Counted from the stretch's first letter, positions 16,591-26,313 are shown. The stretch is DNA of 64,000 nucleotides from Solirubrobacterales bacterium (GCA_019240655.1 JAFAXX010000154.1:6400-70399); one strand, 5' to 3'. Notes: a model not told the origin generated them from the sequence alone. A program made the numbers and translations.

Positions 16591-17631
16591 TTACGCCGCC
16601 GGTGCGCCCACCGCGCCGAGAATCCGCCCGATCAGCTCGTCGAAGCCGATTCCGGCGGCGTCGGCGGCCTGCGGCAGCAGGCTCGTCTCGGTGAGCCCCG
16701 GGATCGGGTTGAGCTCGAGCACGTAGAGCCCGCCTGCCTCGGGCTCCGCGCCCGCTCGGCGTCCGGCCTCGCCTGGATTCGCGCCCGCTCGGCGTCCGGC
16801 CTTGCCCGGATTCGCGCCCGCTGAGTCATCCGGCTGCTCGAGCAGCAGGTCGACCCGGGCGAAGCCGGCGCAGCCGAGCAGCCGGTAGACCTCGAGCGCG
16901 GTCTCGCTGGCCTGGGCGGCCACCCCCTCGTCGAGCTCGGCCGGGCACACGAAGCGGGTACGCCCGATCTCGTAGCGGGCCTCGAAGTCGTAGAAGTCCT
17001 CCTGCTCGGGGACCGCTTCGACGATCGGCAGGGCCCGCGCCGCGCCCCGCTCCTCGATGATCGAGACGGCCAGCTCACGGCCCGCGATGTGGCGCTCGAG
17101 CAGCACCTTGCGGTCATACGAGAAGGCGGCGACCAGGGCGCCGGCGATGTCGGTGGGCCGGCGGGCGAACTTGATCCCGAGCGCCGAGCCCTGCGAGGCC
17201 GGCTTGACCACGATCGGGAACTGCAGGCGCTCCTCGATCGCCGGCAGCGCCTGGGCGGCGCCCAGTTCGCGGAACGCGGTCTCGTTGAAGGCGAAGAAGT
17301 CCGGCGTGGGGACCCCGGCGTCGAGCATCGCGTACTTGGCCAGCACCTTGTCGGCCGCGCGGATGCAGGCCGAGACCCGGGAGCCCGTGTACGGGATCCC
17401 CATCACCTCGAGCAGTTCCTGCACGGTGCCGTCCTCGCCGTCCCGGCCGTGGAGCGCCACGAAGGCGAGGTCAGGCCGCTCCTCGGTGAGCCGGCCGACC
17501 AGGTCGGCTCCGACGTCGATCGCCACGACCTCGTGACCCAGGCGCTCGAGCGCATCCTCGACCCGCGCCCCCGACCTCAGGGAGACCTGTCGCTCGAGCG
17601 AACGCCCGCCCTTGAGCACCGCGACGCGCAC
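16591..17631 (-). CDS. ddl: D-alanine--D-alanine ligase, with an internal repeat insertion
   Basis: Contains RVAVLKGGRSLERQVSLRSG, VALHGRDGEDGTVQELLEVMGIPYTG, VVKPASQGSALG and ELNPIPGLTETSLLP. Confidence 0.9.
   Translation of the reverse strand: MRVAVLKGGRSLERQVSLRSGARVEDALERLGHEVVAIDVGADLVGRLTEERPDLAFVALHGRDGEDGTVQELLEVMGIPYTGSRVSACIRAADKVLAKYAMLDAGVPTPDFFAFNETAFRELGAAQALPAIEERLQFPIVVKPASQGSALGIKFARRPTDIAGALVAAFSYDRKVLLERHIAGRELAVSIIEERGAARALPIVEAVPEQEDFYDFEARYEIGRTRFVCPAELDEGVAAQASETALEVYRLLGCAGFARVDLLLEQPDDSAGANPGKAGRRAGANPGEAGRRAGAEPEAGGLYVLELNPIPGLTETSLLPQAADAAGIGFDELIGRILGAVGAPAA
16747..16823. repeat. 33-bp tandem repeat, 2.3 copies, inside ddl
   Basis: Units at 16747-16779 and 16780-16812 (3 mismatches), plus 11 nt more. 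On the minus strand they encode GANPGKAGRRA-GANPGEAGRRA-GAEP. Confidence 0.9.
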
Positions 17632-17641
17632 GTCGCGCGGG

Positions 17642-19081
17642 TCAGCCGGCTCGCGTCCGCTTGGCCGGCAGGGGAACGACCTTCGCCACCGCGGCCGGGC
17701 GCTCGCCGGCCGGCTGGCGCGTCGGCTGGCTCACCGCCGCGCCGCGGGTCGCCGCGCGCGCCGGCGGCGCCCCCGGCGCCGCACCGGTGAGTGTCCCGTA
17801 CAGGTCGACCTGCTCGCGGACCACTTCGCCGAGGCGGCGAATGCCCTCGCGGATCAGCTCCTCGGTGACGCCGGAGAAGTTCAGCCGCATCGACGACCCG
17901 CCGCGGCCGTCCAGGAACGCCGCCCGGCCGGGCACGAAGGCCACCCGTTCCTCGAGCGCGCGGGCCAGCAGGTCGGTGGTGTCGATGTACTCGGGCAGCA
18001 TCGCCCAGATGAACAGGCCGCCCTCGGGGTGGGTCCACTGCGCCTCCCGGGGGAAGTGCTCGGCCAGTGAGTCGAGCATCACGTCCCGCCGCCGGCGGTA
18101 TATCTCGATCAGCGAGCGCACGTAGGCTTCCCACGGCCCCGACTCGAAGTACGCGCTGACGAAGAACTGTGAGATCGAGGAGGAGCAGAGATCCGATCCC
18201 TGCTTGCCGATGTTCATCTTCTCGAGCACGGGCGGCGGTGCGGCCGCCCAGCCGAGCCGCACGCCCGGTGAGAGGATCTTCGAGAACGTGCTCGCGTAGA
18301 TCACGAACTCGCCGCCGTCGAGCGCCCGCAGCGTCGCCAGCGGGCTGCCCTCGTAGCGCAGCAGGCCGTAGGGGTTGTCCTCCAGCACCAGGAGCTCGCG
18401 CTCGCCCGCGATCCGCACGAGCTCACGCCGGCGCTCGAGGGCCAGCGTCACCCCGGCCGGGTTGTGGAAGGTCGGCACGGTGTAGATGAACTTCGGCCGC
18501 CGGCCGTCCCGCTCCAGCTCGTCGAGCGTCGTCTCGAGCTCATCGGTGCGCATGCCGTCGTGGTCCATCGTGATCTGAACCACGTCCGCCTGGTAGGCGC
18601 AGAAGGTGGGGACCGCGCCCGGGTAGGTCGGCGCCTCGGTGACCACGACGTCGCCGGGGTCGAGCAGTGTCTTGCAGACCAGGTCGATGACCTGCTGGCC
18701 GCCGGTGGTCACGAGCACCTCGTCGGTGTCGATCTCCATGCCCTCCGAGCGCATCACCTCGGCGATGCAGGACTTGATCACCGCGAGACCCTCCGTGGGG
18801 CCGTACTGCAGGGCGCGGGCGCACGAGTCGGCCGCCACCGAGGTCATCAGCGAGGCGTAGGAGTCGGGCGGGAACGTCGAGGTGTCGGGCATGCCGCCGG
18901 CCAGGGAGATCACGTCCTCGCGCTCGGTCAGCGCCATCAGGTCCCGCATCGCCGAGGACTTCATGACTTTCGTCCGCTCGGCGAACAGCGCGGCGTAACG
19001 TTCGAGGTCCCTCGCCGTCGACCTGGGCCGCCTGAACCCGGAGGTCATGCTGCCCTCTCGTCTATCGTCACGGTTCTCCAC
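17642..19081 (-). CDS. PLP-dependent aminotransferase, class I/II (2-aminoadipate/aromatic aminotransferase-like)
   Basis: Contains FIYTVPTFHNPAGVT, STFSKILSPGVRLGW (Lys in SKxL) and RLNFS. It has a ~50-aa low-complexity C-tail and lies 10 nt upstream of ddl. Confidence 0.85.
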   Translation of the reverse strand: MENRDDRREGSMTSGFRRPRSTARDLERYAALFAERTKVMKSSAMRDLMALTEREDVISLAGGMPDTSTFPPDSYASLMTSVAADSCARALQYGPTEGLAVIKSCIAEVMRSEGMEIDTDEVLVTTGGQQVIDLVCKTLLDPGDVVVTEAPTYPGAVPTFCAYQADVVQITMDHDGMRTDELETTLDELERDGRRPKFIYTVPTFHNPAGVTLALERRRELVRIAGERELLVLEDNPYGLLRYEGSPLATLRALDGGEFVIYASTFSKILSPGVRLGWAAAPPPVLEKMNIGKQGSDLCSSSISQFFVSAYFESGPWEAYVRSLIEIYRRRRDVMLDSLAEHFPREAQWTHPEGGLFIWAMLPEYIDTTDLLARALEERVAFVPGRAAFLDGRGGSSMRLNFSGVTEELIREGIRRLGEVVREQVDLYGTLTGAAPGAPPARAATRGAAVSQPTRQPAGERPAAVAKVVPLPAKRTRAG

Positions 19082-19092
19082 GGTACACGACC

Positions 19093-19683
19093 TTGCATCT
19101 CGTCTTCGACATCCTCACGGGCATCGGCGTAGCCGCCGCCGTCGGCATCCGCCCGTTCCTCGCCGCCTTTGTCGTCGGCCTCCTCGCCGCCGCCGATATC
19201 CAGATCCATTTCAACGGCACGACGTACTCTTTTCTGCAGCGCTGGCCATTCCTCCTCGCGCTCGTCCTCCTCGCGCTGCTCGCGACGTTCCTCGAACGGC
19301 GGTTGGGGCGCGATCGCGGCTTGCGCAGGCCCGAGGTGATTGTCCTGGCGCTGGCGGCCGCGGCCCTCGGCGCGTTGCTGTTCGCCGGCTCGCTGGCGCG
19401 CGGTCACTTCGAGTCCTGGCCGGGGTGGATCGCAGGCGTGCTGTGCGCGGCTGTGGGGATGTTCGCGACGGTCCCGCTGTTCGCCCGCGTGCGGGCTCGG
19501 CTCGACGCCGAGGCGGCCGGCGCCGTGCCCCTGTACGCCGAGGCCGCGGCGGTGCTGCTCGCCGCCCTGTCGGTGATCGCGCCGCCGATCGGATTGATCG
19601 GCCTGCTGCTGCTCGGGTGGCTCTACCTCGCCGGCCGCCGGCGCGAGGGCCAGAAGTACGCCGGGCTGCGGATCCTTCGTTGA
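19093..19683 (+). CDS. DUF4126-like integral membrane protein
   Basis: 196 aa, multi-TM. The N-terminus GIGVAAAVGIRPFLAAFVVGLLA is typical of DUF4126. Confidence 0.65.
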   Translation: MHLVFDILTGIGVAAAVGIRPFLAAFVVGLLAAADIQIHFNGTTYSFLQRWPFLLALVLLALLATFLERRLGRDRGLRRPEVIVLALAAAALGALLFAGSLARGHFESWPGWIAGVLCAAVGMFATVPLFARVRARLDAEAAGAVPLYAEAAAVLLAALSVIAPPIGLIGLLLLGWLYLAGRRREGQKYAGLRILR

Positions 19684-19690
19684 CCGTCGC

Positions 19691-21187
19691 GTGAGCCGGC
19701 CGAAGAAGCTTGTCCTGGTCGTGATCGACGCGCTCAAGCCCGCGATGCTCGAGCGCGCGATCGCCGCCGGGCGCGCCCCGGCGCTGGCTCGGATCCGGGA
19801 CGAAGGCGTCTACGTCGACGACAGTGTGGCCGCCTTCCCCTCGGTCACGCCGGTCTGCGCGGCCACGATCACCACCGGCGCCGGCCCGGACGGCCACTGG
19901 ATCCCGTCGATGAACTGGTACCACCGCGAGGAGGGCCGTTACGTTGAATACGGCTCGAGCTTCTCGGCCAGCCGCCAGTTCGGGGTCCTGCGGTCGCTGA
20001 CCGACACCGTCTACCGGATGAACGCCGAGCATCTCTCCACCGGGGTGGAGACCGTGTTCGAGACGCTCGACGACGCCGACGTGCGCACCGCGGGAACCAC
20101 CTATCTCATCTACCGGGGCCGCCACCACCACGAGGTCTCCAACGAGAGCGCGCTGGCCCGGATCGTCACCTCGACGCTGTTCCGGCGCACCATCGACGGG
20201 CCCCGCGAGCTGTTCTACGCCGACCTGTACGCCAGCCGGAAGACCGGGTGCCGCGGCCAGCTCGGGATGCCCGGCATCCGCGACCAGCACACCGGATGCG
20301 TCGGCGCCTACCTGGTCGAGAACGACCTCTTCGACTTCCTGCTGTTCTCGCTGCCCGACAACGACGCCTGGTCGCACAGGAACGGCCCGCATGCGCAGGT
20401 GACCTCGATCGCCGCCGCCGACCGCCAGCTGGAGCGGTTGATGCACGCGGCAGGTGGTCCGGATGCGTTTCTCGAAGACCACGCCGTGATCGTCACCTCC
20501 GACCACTCCCAGGCCGCCATCGAGGAGCGGATCCGCCTCGACCGGGCCTTTGCCGGGTTCGACGTGGCCACGCGGAATGCCACCCGCTCGATCGGAGCCG
20601 AGGTCGCCCTCAGCCCCGCGCAGCGCGCCGCCATGGTCTACGTGCTCGACCCCGAGCGGCGCGAGCAGGTGCTCGCGCGCGCGGTCGCCGCCGTCCGTGA
20701 GCTCGACGGCGTCGACCTGATCCTGTGGCGGGCGGGTGAGGAGGCCGCCGTGGTCAGCCGGCGCGGCGAGCTTCGCTTCGCACCCGGCGGGGAGCTCGAG
20801 GACGAGCGCGGCCGGCGCTGGAGCGTCGCCGGCGAGCCGGCCACACTGGCGGCGCAGACCGCCGACGGCCGCTTCCGGAGCCTCGAGTACCCCGACGCGC
20901 TCGCGCGGATCTGGTCCTCGCTCAGCTGTCCGACCGCCGGCGATGTGCTGCTATCCGCCGCGCCCGGATATGAGTTCGTCGACTGGGGTGGCGCTGACCA
21001 CGTCGGCGGCGGAAGTCACGGGTCGCTTCACCGCTCGGACTCGCTCGGGGCGCTGCTGTGGTGCGGAACCGGTCCCGGCGCGCGCAGCGAGCGAGCCCAA
21101 TGGTCGCTCGCCGACGTGGCGCCGATGGTCTGCGCACACTTCGGGCTAACCTCGGGAAACGGGTCGTCCCTCCAGGCCGCGGATTAG
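19691..21187 (+). CDS. Alkaline-phosphatase-superfamily enzyme (nucleotide pyrophosphatase/phosphodiesterase-like)
   Basis: Contains LVVIDALKP, FPSVTPVCAATITTG (nucleophile Thr region), VTSDHSQ and GGSHGSL. Confidence 0.8.
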   Translation: MSRPKKLVLVVIDALKPAMLERAIAAGRAPALARIRDEGVYVDDSVAAFPSVTPVCAATITTGAGPDGHWIPSMNWYHREEGRYVEYGSSFSASRQFGVLRSLTDTVYRMNAEHLSTGVETVFETLDDADVRTAGTTYLIYRGRHHHEVSNESALARIVTSTLFRRTIDGPRELFYADLYASRKTGCRGQLGMPGIRDQHTGCVGAYLVENDLFDFLLFSLPDNDAWSHRNGPHAQVTSIAAADRQLERLMHAAGGPDAFLEDHAVIVTSDHSQAAIEERIRLDRAFAGFDVATRNATRSIGAEVALSPAQRAAMVYVLDPERREQVLARAVAAVRELDGVDLILWRAGEEAAVVSRRGELRFAPGGELEDERGRRWSVAGEPATLAAQTADGRFRSLEYPDALARIWSSLSCPTAGDVLLSAAPGYEFVDWGGADHVGGGSHGSLHRSDSLGALLWCGTGPGARSERAQWSLADVAPMVCAHFGLTSGNGSSLQAAD

Positions 21188-21247
21188 GTAGCCGTTAGCG
21201 GTCGTGACCCTTAGCTTGCTCCGACACGACGCGAATAGATTGCGCTG

Positions 21248-21697
21248 ATGCCCGAAGAGCTGAGCACCGCCGTCGAGCTCCCCCTCCGGGTCCGCGTCCG
21301 GCACGGCGTGCGGCGCACCCACAACTGGATGCAGCTGCTGCGCTTCGCCGCCGTCGGCGCGAGCGGATACGTGGTCAACCTGACGGTGTTCGCGGTCTGT
21401 GTGCACGTGCTCGGGCTCGATTACCGCGTCGGCTCGGTGATCGCCTTCGTCGTCTCGGTGGTGGGCAACTTCTGGCTGAACCGTCACTGGACGTTTTCGG
21501 CCAGGCAGCGCCATCCGTTCCGGCAGGGCGTGCGATTCTTCGCCGTATCTCTGATCGCCTTCGGCTTCACGTACGTTCTTCTGGTCGCGCTGGTCGACGG
21601 GGCGGGGATGATCAAGGTGCTCGCCCAGGCGATCGCGGTCGCCGCGAGCACGCCGCTGTCCTTCGTCGGGCAGAAGCTTTGGAGCTTCAAGGCCTGA
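21248..21697 (+). CDS. GtrA-family membrane protein
   Basis: Contains LLRFAAVGASGYVVNLTVF and SVVGNFWLNRHWTF. 4 TM. Confidence 0.8.
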   Translation: MPEELSTAVELPLRVRVRHGVRRTHNWMQLLRFAAVGASGYVVNLTVFAVCVHVLGLDYRVGSVIAFVVSVVGNFWLNRHWTFSARQRHPFRQGVRFFAVSLIAFGFTYVLLVALVDGAGMIKVLAQAIAVAASTPLSFVGQKLWSFKA

Positions 21698-23436
21698 GGG
21701 TCAAGCGTGCCGCGCTCCTGCTTGCGCTCGCCCTAGCGCTCCCGGCGGCTCTCGGCACCGTTCCGGCCGGCGCCCGCGCCGCCACCACCACCACGGCGGT
21801 CGACCCCAACGCGCCCGCCCTCGTCACCGCCCAGGACACCCCGCCGAGGGGCTACCGGCTCACCGCCGCGCAGGTGCTCGCGATCGCCTCGCGCAACCCG
21901 GCGGTCCGCCGCGAGCTCCGCCGGCATCCCGCGGCGACGCCCTACCAGTACACCAAGGGTCCCGGCCGCTGGCAGGTGAGCTGGTTCGCCGCCGGCCGCC
22001 CCGAGCGCGAGCTGATGCAGGTGTACGTCGACGACGCCTCCGGTCGCGTAACCGAAGTTTGGACCGGCTTCCAGGTCGCCTGGACAATGGCGCGCGGGTA
22101 CCCCGGGGCGTTCGGGCGCGTGGTCAACGCCTGGTACGTGTGGGTGCCGCTGTGCATCGCGTTCGTGGCCCCCTTCCTCCCCCGGCGACGGCGCCTGTCG
22201 CTGCTCCACCTCGACCTGCTCGTGCTCCTCGGCTTCTCGATCTCGCTGGCGCTGTTCAACCACGCGAAGATCGGCCTCTCCGTACCGCTCGTGTATCCGT
22301 GCCTCATCTATCTGCTCGTGCGGATGCTGCTGCTGGCGTTCGGCCGCGGCCGGCCACGGCGCCCGCTCTCACCGCTCGTGCCGACTCCCTGGCTCGTCGT
22401 CGGGATCGTCTTCCTGGTCGGTTTCCGCGTGGGCCTGAACGTCACCGACTCGAACGTGATCGACGTCGGCTACGCCGGCGTGATCGGCGCCGACAAGCTG
22501 CTGCACGGGAGCGATCTCTACGGCAACTGGCCCCGTGACAATGCCAGCGGGGACACCTACGGCCCGGTCAACTACTACGCCTACGTTCCCTTCCGCGCGA
22601 TCTTCGGCTGGAGCGGATCGTGGGACGATCTCCCGGCGGCGCACGCGGCGGCGATCGCCTTCGATTTGCTCACGCTCCTGGCGCTGTTCGCGCTCGGGCG
22701 GCGGATCCGCGGCCCGACGCTCGGGGTGGCGCTGGCCTACGCGTGGGCCGCGTATCCCTTCACCCTGTGGACGCTCAGCTCGAACACCAACGACTCGCTG
22801 GTGGCGCTGCTGGTCACGCTCACCCTGCTGGTCCTCGGCGCCGCCCCGGCGCGCGGCGTCGGCGCCGCCCTGGCTGGCCTCAGCAAGCTCGCGCCGCTGG
22901 CGCTTGGCCCGCTGTTCATACGCGGCGCCGGCGAGCGCCCCGGTCGGCGCTCCGCGGTGCTCTACCTGCTCGCCTACGCCGTCACGATCGCGGTGGCGAT
23001 GCTGCCGGTGCTCCTCGACCACAACCTCCACGCCTTCTGGCGCGACTCGATCGCCTACCAGTCCTCCCGGGTCACGCCGTTCTCGGTATGGGGTCTGTGG
23101 GGAGGGCTCGGCTTCGAGCAGCATCTCCTCGAGGGAGCGGCCGTCGCGCTCGCGCTCGCGGTCGCGGTGATCCCGCGCCGCCGGACGGTGGTCGAGGTCT
23201 CGGCGCTCGCCGCAGCGGTGGTGATCGCGCTGCAGATATGCGGCAACTACTGGCTCTACTCGTACATCGTCTGGTTCTTTCCGCTGGTCATCGTGGCCCT
23301 CTTCGCGGCCCATCCGTCGACGCTGGGCTGGGCGATCGCGGTGGCCGAGGATGAGCGTGTCGAGCGGCTGCCGCTGGTGCCCGCCGGCGCGGCGGGGCCA
23401 CGTTGGTCCGATCGGAGCGCCCCCGGGAGTCAGTGA
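21679..23436 (+). CDS. Polytopic membrane glycosyltransferase-like protein (GT-C/DUF2029-like) with a PepSY-like N-terminal segment
   Basis: Signal/TM, then YRLTAAQVLAIASRNP...WQVSWF....VYVDDASGRVTEVWTG (PepSY-like), then at least 10 hydrophobic helices. It overlaps the GtrA end by 19 nt. Confidence 0.65.
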   Translation: MELQGLRVKRAALLLALALALPAALGTVPAGARAATTTTAVDPNAPALVTAQDTPPRGYRLTAAQVLAIASRNPAVRRELRRHPAATPYQYTKGPGRWQVSWFAAGRPERELMQVYVDDASGRVTEVWTGFQVAWTMARGYPGAFGRVVNAWYVWVPLCIAFVAPFLPRRRRLSLLHLDLLVLLGFSISLALFNHAKIGLSVPLVYPCLIYLLVRMLLLAFGRGRPRRPLSPLVPTPWLVVGIVFLVGFRVGLNVTDSNVIDVGYAGVIGADKLLHGSDLYGNWPRDNASGDTYGPVNYYAYVPFRAIFGWSGSWDDLPAAHAAAIAFDLLTLLALFALGRRIRGPTLGVALAYAWAAYPFTLWTLSSNTNDSLVALLVTLTLLVLGAAPARGVGAALAGLSKLAPLALGPLFIRGAGERPGRRSAVLYLLAYAVTIAVAMLPVLLDHNLHAFWRDSIAYQSSRVTPFSVWGLWGGLGFEQHLLEGAAVALALAVAVIPRRRTVVEVSALAAAVVIALQICGNYWLYSYIVWFFPLVIVALFAAHPSTLGWAIAVAEDERVERLPLVPAGAAGPRWSDRSAPGSQ

Positions 23437-24227
23437 ACCCCGGGCGCAGGCTCGAGCAGCAACTCGATCGCGTGCGCCCGCATCGGCTCCGCGGCGGTGA
23501 TCAGCACTCCGTTCAGCCACGGGTCCTCGGTCGAGGTCTCGAAGCGGACGGGCATCCGGGTGAGCATCGCCTCGATCGCCTGCTCGCGCTTGACCCCGAT
23601 GACCCCGCCGCGGGGCCCGGTCATCCCGACGTCGGTGACGTAGGCGGTGCCGCCGGGCAGGATCCGTGCGTCCGCGGTCGGCACGTGGGTGTGGGTGCCG
23701 AGCACCGCGGTGACCCGGCCGTCGAGATACCACCCGATCCCGACCTTCTCGCTGGTCGCCTCGGCATGCATGTCGACGAGCAGGTGGTCGACCTTTTCCC
23801 GGAGCGCGTGCAGCACCGCGTCGGCTTCGCTGAAGGCCGGCCGGCTTGCGTTCATGAACAGGTTCCCGGACAGCGAGACGACTCCGAGCCGGACCCCGCC
23901 GCGGTCGACCACGCACCAACCGTGGCCGGGCTGGCTACGGAGGAAGTTGGCCGGCCGGAGGATCCGCGGCTCCTCGTCGAGGTAGGGATAGATCTCCCGG
24001 TGCCGATAGGTGTGGTTGCCGAGCGTGATCACATCGACGCCGGCGGCGAACATCTCGACGGCGATCTTCGGGGTGATCCCGATGCCGCCGGCTGCATTCT
24101 CGCCGTTGACGACGACGAAGTCGGGGCAGTGGCGCTCGCGTAGCGCGGGCAACAGCGAGAACAGCGTCCGCTTGCCGATTCCGCCGACGACGTCGCCGAC
24201 GAAGAGGATCTTGACCGCTCTGACCAT
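23430..24227 (-). CDS. ymdB: YmdB-like metallophosphoesterase (2',3'-cyclic-nucleotide phosphodiesterase family)
   Basis: From ATG 24227: KILFVGDVVGGIGKR, VVVNGENAAGGIGIT, LGNHT and GTHTHVPTADARILPGGTAYVTDVGMTG. Confidence 0.85.
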   Translation of the reverse strand: MVRAVKILFVGDVVGGIGKRTLFSLLPALRERHCPDFVVVNGENAAGGIGITPKIAVEMFAAGVDVITLGNHTYRHREIYPYLDEEPRILRPANFLRSQPGHGWCVVDRGGVRLGVVSLSGNLFMNASRPAFSEADAVLHALREKVDHLLVDMHAEATSEKVGIGWYLDGRVTAVLGTHTHVPTADARILPGGTAYVTDVGMTGPRGGVIGVKREQAIEAMLTRMPVRFETSTEDPWLNGVLITAAEPMRAHAIELLLEPAPGVH

Positions 24228-24392
24228 GGCGCTTCGGCGCTCATCCTTCCAGGTCAGCCGAATGACCATCCCGCTGCATACCGCCCCGCTCGCCGGGTAT
24301 CAGATTCGCATGTCCCCGTCGAAGATCCGCGACTCGAGCGACAGGGACGGCGGCTGTCCGGCGCAGGCGTTCGCTGGCTGGTCGCCGGCCTC

Positions 24393-24572
24393 GTGGTCGG
24401 CACTCCCGGCGTCGCCATGGTGGTGGTCGGGCTGATCACCGCGATTCGTTGGATGTGGCCGGTCGGCATCGCGCTGCTGTTGCTGGCCAGCGCGCCGCTG
24501 TTCGTCGCCTTCGCGCTGCTGTCCTCCGGCGCGGTCTCGCGCTGGGCGGCGCGGCGAAAGCTCTTCGCCTGA
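24393..24572 (+). CDS. Possible small (51-59 aa) two-TM membrane protein
   Basis: It falls below the ORF-track cutoff. Read by hand from GTG 24393 or ATG 24417: (V)[58 protein letters not shown]-stop. Support is hydrophobicity only. Confidence 0.3.
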   Translation: MVGTPGVAMVVVGLITAIRWMWPVGIALLLLASAPLFVAFALLSSGAVSRWAARRKLFA

Positions 24573-24684
24573 GCACCGGGTGTGGGTCCGTGTCGCTCCG
24601 GTCTCTCGGTTGTGCTGCGGCGGGCGAGGCGCCAGCCGACCGCACCGAAGCACGACGATGTCGCGACGGACCCGCGCCCGCCGA

Positions 24685-24733
24685 GCGCTACGCGGCGTAG
24701 TCGCCCCGGAACGCGCTACGCGGCGTAATCGCC
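24685..24733. repeat. Direct repeat, 21 bp x2 (GCGCTACGCGGCGTARTCGCC), 28-bp period
   Basis: Copies at 24685-24705 and 24713-24733, with 1 mismatch. Confidence 0.85.
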
Positions 24734-24806
24734 TCGGACTGGTCGCACTCGCCCTTCGGTGCGGCGAGCGAGGTCGTGGTGAAAAAGTCCGGCTATACCG
24801 ACAACT

Positions 24807-24962
24807 TTCGCCACGCGGGGGTGGCGATGAGCAAGTTCGCCACGCCGTGGGTGACGATGAGCGAGTTCGCTCACGCGGGCCCTGGCGAGGGAGCGAGTTC
24901 GCCCAGCGCGGGCGGCTGGCGAGGAGCGAGCTGGCTGAGTGCGGCGACGCGCACGCGACGAG
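24807..24962. repeat. Degenerate tandem array, 29-33-bp period, 4-5 copies
   Basis: Units start at 24807, 24836, 24866 and 24898, with a weak one at 24931. Consensus is about TTCGCC-ACGCGGG-n-GGCGAKGAGCGAG. The region is apparently non-coding. Confidence 0.8.
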
Positions 24963-25029
24963 GTCCGGACGGGCCCGCACGGCCCCACGGACGCCGAGCG
25001 CAGCGAGGCCCCTCAGCGAGAACCGCCGG

Positions 25030-25248
25030 CTAGCGCCCGGACACGGTCTGGCGGAACAGCACCAGGCAGATCGCCGCGACGATCAGCGCGATCACCGGGA
25101 TCGCCGCTCCGATCACCCCGGCGACCGCCAGCACGAGGGTGACGACGCCGACCGCTCCGGCGACGCCGCCGGTCACCACCAGGCGGTAGGCCCGCTGTTC
25201 CCGAACCCGGCGCGGCGTATAGCCGCCTCGTTTCTGGATATCGGCCAC
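25030..25248 (-). CDS. Small (72 aa) hypothetical membrane protein
   Basis: GTG start. A basic N-terminus ([17 protein letters not shown]) is followed by two hydrophobic helices. It is divergent from hemB. Confidence 0.4.
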   Translation of the reverse strand: MADIQKRGGYTPRRVREQRAYRLVVTGGVAGAVGVVTLVLAVAGVIGAAIPVIALIVAAICLVLFRQTVSGR

Positions 25249-25338
25249 GGACGCAGCGTACCGCAGGACGCTCTCCGGCTGCGCCGCCCGGGCTCAGACT
25301 CTCGGCCGGGCGCGGCCCTGGCGGTATCCTCAGCTTTG

Positions 25339-26313
25339 ATGCCGTTTCCTCAGACTCGCCTGCGCCGCCTTCGCGCCACCGGCGCCTTGCGCGGGCTCGT
25401 CCGAGAGACTCGGCTGGACGCGGGCGACTTCATCTACCCGATGTTCATCGCCCACGGCAGCGACCGGCGTGAGCCGATCGACGCCATGCCCGGGATCGAC
25501 CGCCTGTCGATCGCGCATGCGGTCGACGAAGCCGGCGAGGCGGGCGCGCTCGGGATACCCGCGGTGCTGCTGTTTGGGCTGCCGGCGGCGAAGGACGAGG
25601 AAGGCTCGGGCGCGTGGGACGACGAGGGCGTGGTGCAGCTCGCCACCCGCGCGATCAAGCAGGCCCACCCGGACCTGCTCGTGGTCGCCGATCTCTGCCT
25701 GTGCGAGTACACGAGCCACGGCCACTGCGGCGTGGTCAGGCCCGACGGCCGCGTCGACAACGACGCCACCCTCGAGCTGCTCGCCCGCACCGCCTGCTCA
25801 CAGGCCCGAGCCGGCGCCGACATCATCGCGCCGAGCGACATGATGGACGGCCGCGTCGCGGCGATCCGCGCCGCGCTCGACGACGACGGCCACCACGACA
25901 CGCCGATCCTCGCCTATTCGGCGAAGTTCGCCTCCGCCTTCTACGGCCCGTTCCGCGAGGCCGCCGACTCCGCCCCCGCCTTCGGCGACCGCCGCAGCTA
26001 CCAGATGGACCCCGCCAACGCCGACGAGGCGATCCGGGAGGCGCGCCTGGACGTCGAGGAGGGGGCCGACCTCGTGATGGTCAAGCCGGCGCTGCCCTAC
26101 CTGGACCTCATTCGCCGGATCAAGGACGACACCGCGATGCCGCTCGTGGCCTACAACGTGAGCGGCGAGTACGCGATGGTCAAGGCCGCCGCCGCGGCGG
26201 GGTACCTCGACGAGCGATCGGCGGTGCTCGAGTCCCTCACCGGGATCCGCCGCGCCGGTGCGGACATCGTCATCACCTATCACGCCAAGGAGGCCGCCCG
26301 GTGGCTGCGCTAG
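25339..26313 (+). CDS. hemB: Porphobilinogen synthase (delta-aminolevulinate dehydratase), Zn-type
   Basis: From ATG 25339: [24 protein letters not shown]...DFIYPMF. Cys-rich Zn site [14 protein letters not shown], plus PSDMMDGRV and VKPALPYLD. The upstream 250 codons of the 577-aa ORF cover the repeat region and are not coding. Confidence 0.92.
   Translation: MPFPQTRLRRLRATGALRGLVRETRLDAGDFIYPMFIAHGSDRREPIDAMPGIDRLSIAHAVDEAGEAGALGIPAVLLFGLPAAKDEEGSGAWDDEGVVQLATRAIKQAHPDLLVVADLCLCEYTSHGHCGVVRPDGRVDNDATLELLARTACSQARAGADIIAPSDMMDGRVAAIRAALDDDGHHDTPILAYSAKFASAFYGPFREAADSAPAFGDRRSYQMDPANADEAIREARLDVEEGADLVMVKPALPYLDLIRRIKDDTAMPLVAYNVSGEYAMVKAAAAAGYLDERSAVLESLTGIRRAGADIVITYHAKEAARWLR

Noticed and set aside
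24580-25338. N-terminal 253 codons of the 577-aa ORF that ends as hemB.
   Set aside because: This part translates the tandem-repeat region into low-complexity Arg/Gly-rich sequence. HemB homology begins exactly at ATG 25339 ([12 protein letters not shown]).
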